Part shown: positions 50,763 to 59,910 of the stretch, piece after piece
Numbering within the stretch: the first letter of the stretch is position 1
Layout of the letters: each line of letters starts with the position of its first letter
Source: Coniocarpon cinnabarinum
Lineage: Eukaryota
Assembly (NCBI GenBank): GCA_051942205.1
Contig: JAVECO010000068.1
Location: 1 to 64,000, forward strand
Direction: 5' to 3'
Length of the DNA: 64,000 nucleotides
Notes under the pieces: generated by a model
What the model was told of the DNA's origin: nothing
The model's input: the letters and a program-made list of their open reading frames with translations, nothing else
The model's database searches: none
Position numbers and translations under genes: made by a program

Positions 50763-51481
50763 TCAGGCGACGGCTGGAGTAGCCTGTCCCGGCGGTAGTG
50801 GTGCTTCGAGTTTCGTGTTCCCGGCGAACATTCTTTGGAACCCAATGCCGACCCCCTCGATAACTGCCAAAAGTATGCCGCAGCCGATAGCGGAATTTCT
50901 AGCTGCCTTGAAACCACCTCTTATGGCCAGCGAGCCACCTGTGAGAAAGCCTGCCATGACTATAACGAAGGTCAGCACACAAGAACCCGAACTTTATAAG
51001 ATGGCTGCTGACATACTCGCATTATATGGATCTTCCTTCTTTCGTATGCCCTTCACTGCACAGTCGAAGGTACTGAATAGACCCCCCCATACACCAAAAT
51101 TGCCGCCTAATACTGGTGCTCTCGCTTTAACTGCTGTGATCATCCCTATCCGTCGCTCGCCGTGTGGACTGTTCCTGAAACCTTTTCGTGCTGTCAGCGT
51201 GCCATCGATGACAATAGCGCTTTGATCCATTGGGTGGAGGTTCGGAGTCGAGGGCTATTGCGAGGTCCACGGATTTTCGCGCGTGATAACCGGAGGGTTG
51301 AGATGATTGTTCGCTGAACGCTAACCTTTGACACCATGCCATAGTGCACCCCCGATGCCCTGACTTCAAGTCAGCAACAACGTCTCCGAGACGTGATCGC
51401 AGGTGAACTTACGCCCATGCAGAATGCGCCGCCAAAGTCATTCAGCGCCACCCATGGGCACGGATCTCTGGTATGATCCAT
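50763..51481 (-). CDS. TIM17: Mitochondrial inner membrane translocase subunit Tim17 (4 exons)
   Basis: [23 protein letters not shown] / [12 protein letters not shown] / [47 protein letters not shown] / [13 protein letters not shown]. Confidence 0.97.
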
Positions 51482-51954
51482 GATGAAATCAGGATGCCTG
51501 TCGCGATTTGGCCGCTCTGGGAGATTGCGGACCAGCAGACAGGACGTCAGACAGCAGCGACAGAGTTCAGTAGCTGACGCTCCTCAGAAATCAATCTTCC
51601 TAGGTCGAATTTACTAAGAAGGCAATCTCGGTGTTGATCATTGCAGCCTCGATATCAAGGCTGCAAATATCCTGTTCATTTCCATTCCCTCTTCAACGTG
51701 CACACGTGACATTACGTGCTTGGCTACCCGGACATGTCTACAATATCGCCTGAATTTTCGTCTCACAGTGTGCCCTACTTCGCCTGTCGCTGCGCAGCTT
51801 CGAAGTTGACGGCAATACTTGTATCGTGTGCAGTGCCTATGCACACCTCTACTGGCTTCCAAACCACTCATGACGCACACCATGCGTCGTTCGAAAATTC
51901 ATCCAGCGATTGTCTTGCAAAGTACAGCTCAACGTTAGATCTGAGCTTGAGTTA

Positions 51955-51998
51955 ATCTTTGAATTTATCTTTGAATTTATCTTTGAATTCATCTTGAA
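51955..51998. repeat. 12-bp tandem repeat (ATCTTTGAATTT) x ~3.7
   Basis: Read directly: atctttgaattt atctttgaattt atctttgaattc atcttgaa. Confidence 0.9.
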
Positions 51999-52563
51999 AC
52001 ACTGACTTGATGATGTCGCCATTTCAAACTACCGAATTCGCATCGTTTTCTGCACTGACAAGTCGTCCAAACAAAGAGGTCTCCCAACCTGGGAATAAAT
52101 CCAGCAAGCTATACCTCATTCATTGCCTTTGATAAGGCATTGTCAACAGCGCAACGTGTGAATCTCGGGGCTGCACTTGCTGTAGACTGACGACTCAACG
52201 ACCTCTAACGTGTAATTGCGGCAGGGCATTCGTGATCGGTGTCATAAAGATATGTGCTGCGCGAGCCGCTCGGAATCCTATGCGACATGACGGGAAGTAA
52301 TTGCACGAGAACTTGATGCTTGCATTTTAAAATCCTTTGGCTTATGTGGGAACAGTGCATCCCTAGGTCTACGCTCATTGCAAAACTTGAAGTGCTGGCA
52401 TCTTGAGACTCGCGCGACGGCTTCCAGTGGTTTTGCACGAACTGAATAAGACGATACAAACCCGACCAACACATCCTGTGCTAGGAAGTAGTCAAGGCTA
52501 CAAGACCCATTCCGAAAGACTTCAATCCACGCATTTTCTCCTTTGGGGCCGTTGACAAAGACT

Positions 52564-53186
52564 ATGCCATCCATCAGGGAAGTCCTCAAGTCGATGAGGC
52601 TCTACCCTGAGCCTGGAGCACCAATTGCATTGTTAACAATCGACAATGAGCAGTTTTACAAATTTCCAGGCCCCGGCTGGTGGCCTGTCCACGATCAAGA
52701 TTTCCTTGTAAGGCGGTCGATCATGGACGACGCCTTTCCGGGCTTCTCCTCTAGTTCTTCAAGCGAACAGTGGAGGCGTTCACGGAAGTTCCTGCAGGTA
52801 CTGACCCCGACCATTTGGATTGAATACTGTATGAGGTTCAGAAAACAAACGGCACTCCCCAACCCTTTAAAAATCGTGTAAGTTTTTCATGTTCATCTTG
52901 TTTGCTACCGAAGTCGTCTTCGACAGGCTTAGTCTGACCAGTTGGTAGCGCCTTGTGGAGGATAGAATCAGACGCATCAGACACTTGGCATGCTTTTGTC
53001 GAGCTGACACCACGACTGAGCATGGACTTCCACGTCAATGAAGAACAGCGGGATGCTACGGTCACCATCGTGGCTGGCATCATTCGCGGTGTAGGCGGAA
53101 ATCCAAGATGGAGGGAGCACATACAGTCCCTGTTCGGGCAGTCTCGTTCGAACAGGCTCGATGAAGCTATGTCTGGATGCATGTAG
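52564..53186 (+). CDS. Hypothetical protein or 3' remnant of a decayed gene (2 exons)
   Basis: ORFs 52543-52881 and 52953-53186 join in frame through an intron with donor GTAAGT (52879), branch CTGAC and acceptor TAG (52948). The upstream frame contains stops. No known domain. Confidence 0.4.
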
Positions 53187-53598
53187 ACCATTTGCCGAGC
53201 CTAGACAGTTGCTATCAACGTCAAGTCATTGATGAACCTTGTGCAGACTTGCATCACCTTGGACGCAGGATGTTTTCGTTTTGAAGATGTCTAGTTGGTC
53301 AAATGAAACATCTCGTACCTTGCGCACGTTCTGCCAGCTTACATCATCAGTCTGTACCAGCGACATTGCTCACAGGAACTGCACCCATATAGTCGACGGG
53401 CGTGAAGCATAGCCCAATTACTTCTATAATGAAGTCCTATGCTGGCAACTATCTTACTTGGCGTCATGAATGCACTTGTAGTTTCTGACAGCAAGGACTG
53501 TTCAAGACGCAGGACAGTGGTGGTGCAATGTGCTCATCAACAAGTCTTACCTTGGATTCGACAAAGAAAGCGGTCACCCTGAATGACCCTTATATTTA

Positions 53599-55680
53599 TT
53601 AGCAAGCTACAGTTACATGACCAGCACCACCTCCCATGCTGACGCTCATCCATGCGGACCCTCCCACGGTCGATCCCGTATTGATAACCTTATCACCGTC
53701 CCTGACTTTCTGCACCTCCTCGCCATCGGAACTCAACCTCACCGTCGTATTGACACAACCCATCGGCACCGTGACCACCCCATTCGTAGTCTCAGGAACG
53801 CTCCACCATTCCGCCACCGCTCCATCATTTGTAGCATTCCATCCGGCTTGGAACTTCCCCAGACTCGTCACGAAACCTCCTTCCACAAAACTCAGTCCAC
53901 TCCCCTCCACTCTCGGCGCCAAACTCCACTCTTTGCCCGCGGGCGCCGTGACATCCAATCCCAAAATGTAGTTCGTGAGTGCAGACGTGGGACCTGAAGA
54001 CCAACCGTGCGCATGACTCACATACGACGAATCATAGCTATATCCCTGATAGTTCCGGTACCCGAATGAGCCATTCGCCAGATATCCCTCGAGGAGCGTG
54101 GACTCTGTTGAATTAGGGTTATTGATGATGAAACCCCAGGTGTCATTCAGGAGGGTCATGGCGTTTGCGGTGTCATTGATGTGAAGTCGACCTTGAAGCT
54201 CGAAGGACGAGATGAAGGGGGAGATGTTGTCGGGTAACTCAGGAGCGACGGGACCGATGGGCGTCCAATTTCGTTGCAGCACGGTGGCGATGGATGTGGA
54301 TTGGTTGGAGGATTGCGGAAGGAAGAGGAGGGAGAGGGCGTTTGCGTCTTGAGGGTTCAACGTGGCGCCAAGTGCTGTGGTGTTGTCTTGGAAAGCACCG
54401 GCTGCGGTGTTGTAGAGTTGCGACTGTGCGGCTGTCGCAAGAGATGAGGCCTGCGACGTCCAGGATGCAGATAGCGTTGCGTTGGGTGTGGGAAGCCATT
54501 CAGCGAGTGAAGCACCAGTAATGAGCGTCCGATACAGAATCATGTTTGCTTCTGTATTGGTACCACCTTGTCCTCTCCGCGCCCAGTCACGCGTTCCCGT
54601 CACATTCAACAGTCCCACATCCGGCAGTACTTTACCCAAAATGAAATCCATTGCAGCTTCGTAGCCCGCCCAAGTCTGCTCGAGCCAAGCCGTGTCATTC
54701 GTATACAGTACGTAGTTATACGTCCCTATCATAGACCACATGTGATATGTATCACTCCCCGTCTGACTGAGCGGGGGACCAGATTCGGCAAACGCACCTG
54801 TCGTCTTGTTTTGGGTTGCGTACATGACCTGCAATGCGTTACGGACGGCATCTAAGTCACCCAGACTCACGAAGGTAGAGGGAACTGCAACGCCCATGTC
54901 ACCCGGCCAGACGGCGCGATCGCGTTTAGCGCCGTCAACGATGGTCTGGTCGCCTGGGCCCAAGGAGGCGTTGTTGGCCCATCCGGTAGTCAGGAAAGGG
55001 ACTTGACGACCTGTATCGGGAGGTACAATGTTCGATTGCAGGGTATACGCGCCGGCGTACCAGATGCGGTTGAGAAGGTCGGAAGAGGAATGGAAGTATC
55101 CTTGATAGGCTTTGAGATTGGACCACGTGGGCTGGAAGTCGTTCAAGGCGGTGACGCTGCTGATGCTTACGGATGGGGAAGCGCTCGTGTCGTTTGTCAA
55201 GAGGAAGACGGTCATGTAGCGGAAGCCACCACGGAGTTGGGCAGCCGGCATGTTGTAGGCTCCGCCACTGGGTGTGAGAGGCGCAGACAGGTATCCGTCT
55301 GGCCCTTTGAAAGCGCCATTGGAAGAGTCAGAATAGTAGCCCACGTAGTTCTTGGCCTCGCTGAATGCAATGCCCAGTGAGCCTGTCGTGGTGCTGTTCC
55401 AGTCGAGAGAGATGATGCCGCCTACCTCTTTGCCAAAGTCGTAGGTGAGGAGAGAGCCGTTGCTGGTCAACGTCTCGACATTTTCCACCGGTTGGCTGCT
55501 CAGATCTGGCCAGGTGAGAACGCTGACAGGCGTGGAGCTCCTTGTACTGTCAGCGAAGATATTGTCATTCCAGGGTCCATCAAATGCTGCTTGTTGTGGA
55601 CCGGTGCACGCAGTACCTTCCCAGCACTGTCCTTGCACGATGCTGGCAAGTGTACCCAGGCTCAGCACGAGCAGTGCCAT
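53599..55680 (-). CDS. Secreted alpha-L-rhamnosidase, GH78 (RhaA/RhaB-like)
   Basis: Signal peptide, YDFGKEVGG, LRGGFRY, LLNRIWYAGAYTLQ, IVDGAKRDRAVWPGDM, SDTYHMW, ISPFISSFEL and SHAHGWSSGPT. Intronless. Confidence 0.94.
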   Translation of the reverse strand: MALLVLSLGTLASIVQGQCWEGTACTGPQQAAFDGPWNDNIFADSTRSSTPVSVLTWPDLSSQPVENVETLTSNGSLLTYDFGKEVGGIISLDWNSTTTGSLGIAFSEAKNYVGYYSDSSNGAFKGPDGYLSAPLTPSGGAYNMPAAQLRGGFRYMTVFLLTNDTSASPSVSISSVTALNDFQPTWSNLKAYQGYFHSSSDLLNRIWYAGAYTLQSNIVPPDTGRQVPFLTTGWANNASLGPGDQTIVDGAKRDRAVWPGDMGVAVPSTFVSLGDLDAVRNALQVMYATQNKTTGAFAESGPPLSQTGSDTYHMWSMIGTYNYVLYTNDTAWLEQTWAGYEAAMDFILGKVLPDVGLLNVTGTRDWARRGQGGTNTEANMILYRTLITGASLAEWLPTPNATLSASWTSQASSLATAAQSQLYNTAAGAFQDNTTALGATLNPQDANALSLLFLPQSSNQSTSIATVLQRNWTPIGPVAPELPDNISPFISSFELQGRLHINDTANAMTLLNDTWGFIINNPNSTESTLLEGYLANGSFGYRNYQGYSYDSSYVSHAHGWSSGPTSALTNYILGLDVTAPAGKEWSLAPRVEGSGLSFVEGGFVTSLGKFQAGWNATNDGAVAEWWSVPETTNGVVTVPMGCVNTTVRLSSDGEEVQKVRDGDKVINTGSTVGGSAWMSVSMGGGAGHVTVAC

Positions 55681-55905
55681 GTCCACCGACTCTATCTCGT
55701 CATTTGTTGAATGAGTTTCAAGTCTGATGCATAGCCAGGACGGAACACGGTGCTCGACTCCACTGGCAAATATCCAACACGCGGAGACGAACAGCTGGAA
55801 ATTCTTACTACAGTAGCGTTCGCAAATGGGTCTTATCCCTCCCCCAGCAGGTCATCTTCTCCGTCATTCGGTGCCAGGTCATCCTTGAACGCTCGTGTCA
55901 ATCCT

Positions 55906-55922
55906 CGGTCCTGTTCGACCCG
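55906..55922. promoter_or_regulatory. CGG-N11-CCG site (RhaR-type Zn2Cys6 element) in the GH78/GH28 divergent promoter
   Basis: CGGTCCTGTTCGACCCG sits nearly midway between the two start codons. CGG-X11-CCG is the reported Aspergillus nidulans RhaR target in the rhaA promoter. Confidence 0.65.
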
Positions 55923-56170
55923 GGCTAGCTAGCCCAAGTGGGAAGCTCGGTTTTGGCGATGAGTATGTGGCAAGTTTGAAGGAGCATGGGACCTGCATAA
56001 GTTCGCGTTAGTGCAATGTGGAGATGATCATCGTTGCGGCGTCATGGAGCCATTGAAGAGCTGTGTGGGGAGCGCCAAGTCGTGTGTCGGCACTTGTTCG
56101 CCTTTTAGAGAGAAGCTGAACCTAGACACCAGGCACAGAGTTGACGTAGAAACCAAAACTTGCCTCCAAG

Positions 56171-57601
56171 ATGCGTGCTCAACTTCCAGTACTTGCTTTG
56201 GCAGCTTCCGTAGCGGTCGCGGCTGTAGTGGAAAGACGACAGGGAAACAATACCTGTACCGTTCAACCGTTGGGCGACGGCCAAGACGATGTTCCCCAAA
56301 TTCTTGATGCGTTTGAACAGTGTGGTCAAGGAGGGACTGTAGTGTTTCCAGAGGGCCAAGAATACAACATCGCAGCGCGACTCAACCCAGTAGTGAACAA
56401 TTTGGACATCGAATGGCGCGGAACCTGGGTGTTTTCAACCGACCTCGACTATTGGCGGAACAACTCTTACCCCATAGCTTTCCAGAACCATGCTGCTGGG
56501 TTTGTCCTGACAGGAGATGGAATCCGCATCAATGGGTATGGAACAGGTGGCATCAATGGCAATGGCGACACATGGTGGGCTTGCGATCTCTCCGAGAAAG
56601 GTTCTGAGAAGATTCGGTGTTGACGAGCTGACTCTAGGTACACCGCAGAGGCAGGGCACACTCAGCCAGGCCGGCCAATGCCTTTTGTGTTCTGGAATGT
56701 GAGCGACGTGAGAGTGGACAACTTCTCTGTGAGAGATCCCCAGCTCTGGTCCATCAATATCATGAATGGCACAGACATGTATTTCAGCAACATGTATGTC
56801 AACGCTACAGCCACTCAGGCGCCCTATGGCGAAAATTGGGTGCAGAACACTGACGGATTTGGTACGTGTGGTTGTCAAAAAAGAGGGTATGATGTGGGAT
56901 GCTGACGGTGAACAGACACCATGGACGCCAACAACATTAACTTGGAAAACCTCACTTACCAGGGTGGCGACGCAAGTACATTGGCTATAGAGAGATATGG
57001 GTTTGTCACTGACTTCAATCAGGACTGTATTGCAATCAAGCCTCGCTCATATAACATCAACGTCAAAAATGCTCTGTGCCGTGGGGGCAATGGCATGGCT
57101 ATTGGCAGTCTCGGACAGTATCTTGAGGACAACACTGTTGCAAATGTCTGGGTCGACAACGTGACGATAGAGCGGTACAACGAGGACATGGAAAATGGTG
57201 CTTATATCAAGACCTGGATAGGAGAGCTTGCACCTCAAGGATCGTATGAAAGCGCAGGTCAACCACGAGGTGGTGGCTGGGGAACGGTGTCAAACGTGTT
57301 GTTCAGTAACTTTGTCCTTCATGGGCCCAGCCTTGCGACGGCAATCAGCCAGGACTCCGGGGACAATGGCAGCTTCGCCGGGACCTCAAACATGCTCGTC
57401 GACAACATTGCCTTTGTCAATTTTACTGGCTACAACAACAGGTCGGAGATTGGTAACGAGATCTCATGCTCGGAGCGGCATCCATGTTTCAACATTAGTT
57501 ACGAGAACTTTAACGTGACTGCCCTCACTAATGGCACAGCGGTGCAAACTACGTGCCGATACACCGAGGATGGTGCTGTGCACGGACAGATATGTACTTA
57601 G
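56171..57601 (+). CDS. rgxB: GH28 exo-rhamnogalacturonase (RgxB-like), secreted, 4 exons
   Basis: DLDYWRNNSYPIAFQNHAAGF, QPGRPMPFVFWNVS, WVQNTDGF, GGD/DCIAIKPRS, GGNGMAIGSLGQY and YIKTW match my recollection of Aspergillus RgxB. Introns at ~56575-56637, ~56862-56914 and 56972-57022 (GC-AG). Confidence 0.88.
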
Positions 57602-57708
57602 AAAGCCACATGTGAGTAGAGCTGATCGGTCATTAGGCTGTCGAGCACATTGGAAAGGCTAGTGGCCCGCGTACTCAATTCTAACTCTTCATCAGCGTGA
57701 GCGAAAGA

Positions 57709-59910
57709 TTAGTCGACCAGTGAGCTGATCCACCAACGAAAAACACCTGTGCATGCCGCTGCCCAGCCAGCAACCGCGAATGCCCCTTGCACATCTCCTT
57801 TGTCGCCCCTATTGAGCCATACGCTCGTGAAAGTAGCACTAGACACAGCCACGAGGAGAAAGACAACAGCCCAGAGTCGGCGTGTGATGAAACCTTCGAC
57901 AAGTTCAACCCCCCAGCCGACTCCGAACTCAAGTCGGCCTCCGAGCTTTTTTGGGATGCGATTCAAAGTGATCGTCTCTGTGTCGTAATCGCGTGGATGC
58001 TCAAAGAGATGCATGAGGTAATGAGGTCCGACAGGCGGTACTAGGTGGCCCGGCTCAAACATATAGTCCGTTGTTTGCTCCCACGAGACCGAGTCAGGAG
58101 TATCAGCATTGTAGCCAGGAAATGAAGAGGGGTGACAAAAAGGCGGAAGATGGGGTCGAGCGCGGATGTCAGTGAAGCGGTTCCGATGTACCTCGAACTT
58201 GACGAAGTTGATTGACTTGAGACCTCGAAGTCGGAGCAAAGAGCGCCATCCTGTGTGTATGGAGTCGTAGTGTCGCCTCAGAGCCGTAGCTACATCGTAA
58301 TCTGAAGTCACAGTACTTGGATCCATCGAAAGGTGCGTCAGCTTTGGTGTCCGTCGAGCTTCCGCGCAACATGCCAAAAGCCAGGGCACATCGGCTTCAC
58401 CTCCCCAGGGAACGAGATGTGTGGGAGCCCCTCCACTGGCTGTTAGTCTAGGCTTTTGCTTCGAAGGACCACCGCCACTTTCAGTTGATGGCAAGTCCCC
58501 AATACCTCCATTTGATGTAGCTGAGGATGGTGTAGATGAACCTGCGCCGCTGAAGACGCTTGATGCGCCACTACTACCGCTTCTGCTTGGGGCTGAAGTG
58601 CCTCTGATGCTTCCATTTGGCATGTGCGTGGCTGGCTTCGAGCTGGGTCCTTGATGTCCAGGACGCTGGTTCATTTGAATCAGATCGACCTGCAGCCTGT
58701 CAGCAGCTCCTGCAGTGTTTTCGACGAAGTCATCGTAAAGGTAGGAACCGCACTTGCAGGTCCACCGCACCCGCACCTGACCGGGCGGTATTGGCGGGTC
58801 ATTTGCAAGGAGCTCGTTTATTGTCGTCAAGATGCCAATGACATTGTTCAAACATGCACTGGTCGCCACAGCAGCATGTTTGATGACGGCCCTTGGGATG
58901 GACGGTCTAGCAGGCGGTGTATTGCTTTGTCTAGTGTTCTCCCCTATCAGATCAGGTTGACAGTCATGCTCTGGAACATCCTCCAGGATCGGGCGGCTTT
59001 TCCGCCGTGAGCGTGATTGAGTCCATAGTACATCCGGCGGACGTTGGCTGATTTCACCAATGCCGCCATTACCGCATGATGATGTAGGTAGCGTCTTCGC
59101 TCCAGCTCGTGGGCTCTCAGGATGATCACCTTGATCGTCGTTCGGCGCGTCGGATGGAGGCTTTGTGCTTAACCCGATCTGGCCCTGTGTGTTTGTACTG
59201 GATGACGAAGAGATGCAAGTTGTCTCGGAGATCAGTTGCCTTTCAGACGACAAATCACTACTTGCAGGCAACACTTGTTCTGGTTGTGAATCCCACCTAA
59301 TACCTGAATCAAGCTCAGCAGGATGTTCCTGGGGCACCTTGTAACAGTGTCTAGTAGGATCTTCTGCGTTCGAAAGTGAACGCTGCCCGCTCACCAGGGT
59401 CTTGATCTTTTGCGTAGCATTCCTGCGGAACACGCGACTCAACGGGTTCCGGCGCGCAGACTGATGCTCGTCCCAGCCCTTCAATATCTTTTGAAAACTT
59501 CGAGGTGTTTTCACGGAGGCATCTCTCGGTATCGGCGCGGCTGCTGCCCTTGCGAGAGCAATTCTAGTCAAGTCTGGAGCGTTCGAGGCCGGCGAGGGAG
59601 AGGGAGAGGGAGTATAGATCGCGCCCACATTGTAGTGACCAGGAAGCAAGCCTGGTCGGGACTCGAGAATGGTAGTCGCTCTGCGATCTCTCACAGACGA
59701 TCTGTAATCCGGCGGTGGAGAGCTGTGAGCTGAGCGAGACCGCTGGCGATGAGCATGAGCTCGTGACCCGATGCGGGCATCATCTCCAGACGGGTGGTGT
59801 GAGGATGCTTCATTGCCTTCGCCTGGGTTTAAGTCAAAGCTCCAGACATCGGCATCAGCCGTTTGAGCAGTCCTGTGGTCAACTGTGTCACACGGTTGTG
59901 TTGCGTGCAT
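57709..59910 (-). CDS. Hypothetical protein: disordered N-half, ordered C-terminal region with two TM helices
   Basis: >730-codon uninterrupted ORF. The C-terminal motifs VRVRWTCKCG..LYDDF, FVKFE, LVPPVGPHYLMHLF, IPKK, GWGVELVEG and GDVQGAF resemble uncharacterised ascomycete proteins. Confidence 0.8.
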   Translation of the reverse strand: MHATQPCDTVDHRTAQTADADVWSFDLNPGEGNEASSHHPSGDDARIGSRAHAHRQRSRSAHSSPPPDYRSSVRDRRATTILESRPGLLPGHYNVGAIYTPSPSPSPASNAPDLTRIALARAAAAPIPRDASVKTPRSFQKILKGWDEHQSARRNPLSRVFRRNATQKIKTLVSGQRSLSNAEDPTRHCYKVPQEHPAELDSGIRWDSQPEQVLPASSDLSSERQLISETTCISSSSSTNTQGQIGLSTKPPSDAPNDDQGDHPESPRAGAKTLPTSSCGNGGIGEISQRPPDVLWTQSRSRRKSRPILEDVPEHDCQPDLIGENTRQSNTPPARPSIPRAVIKHAAVATSACLNNVIGILTTINELLANDPPIPPGQVRVRWTCKCGSYLYDDFVENTAGAADRLQVDLIQMNQRPGHQGPSSKPATHMPNGSIRGTSAPSRSGSSGASSVFSGAGSSTPSSATSNGGIGDLPSTESGGGPSKQKPRLTASGGAPTHLVPWGGEADVPWLLACCAEARRTPKLTHLSMDPSTVTSDYDVATALRRHYDSIHTGWRSLLRLRGLKSINFVKFEVHRNRFTDIRARPHLPPFCHPSSFPGYNADTPDSVSWEQTTDYMFEPGHLVPPVGPHYLMHLFEHPRDYDTETITLNRIPKKLGGRLEFGVGWGVELVEGFITRRLWAVVFLLVAVSSATFTSVWLNRGDKGDVQGAFAVAGWAAACTGVFRWWISSLVD

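Noticed and set aside
13097..59733. Many short ORFs antisense to, or nested in, the called genes
   Set aside because: Shadow ORFs expected from the codon structure of ~50-55% GC genes. None carries independent motifs.
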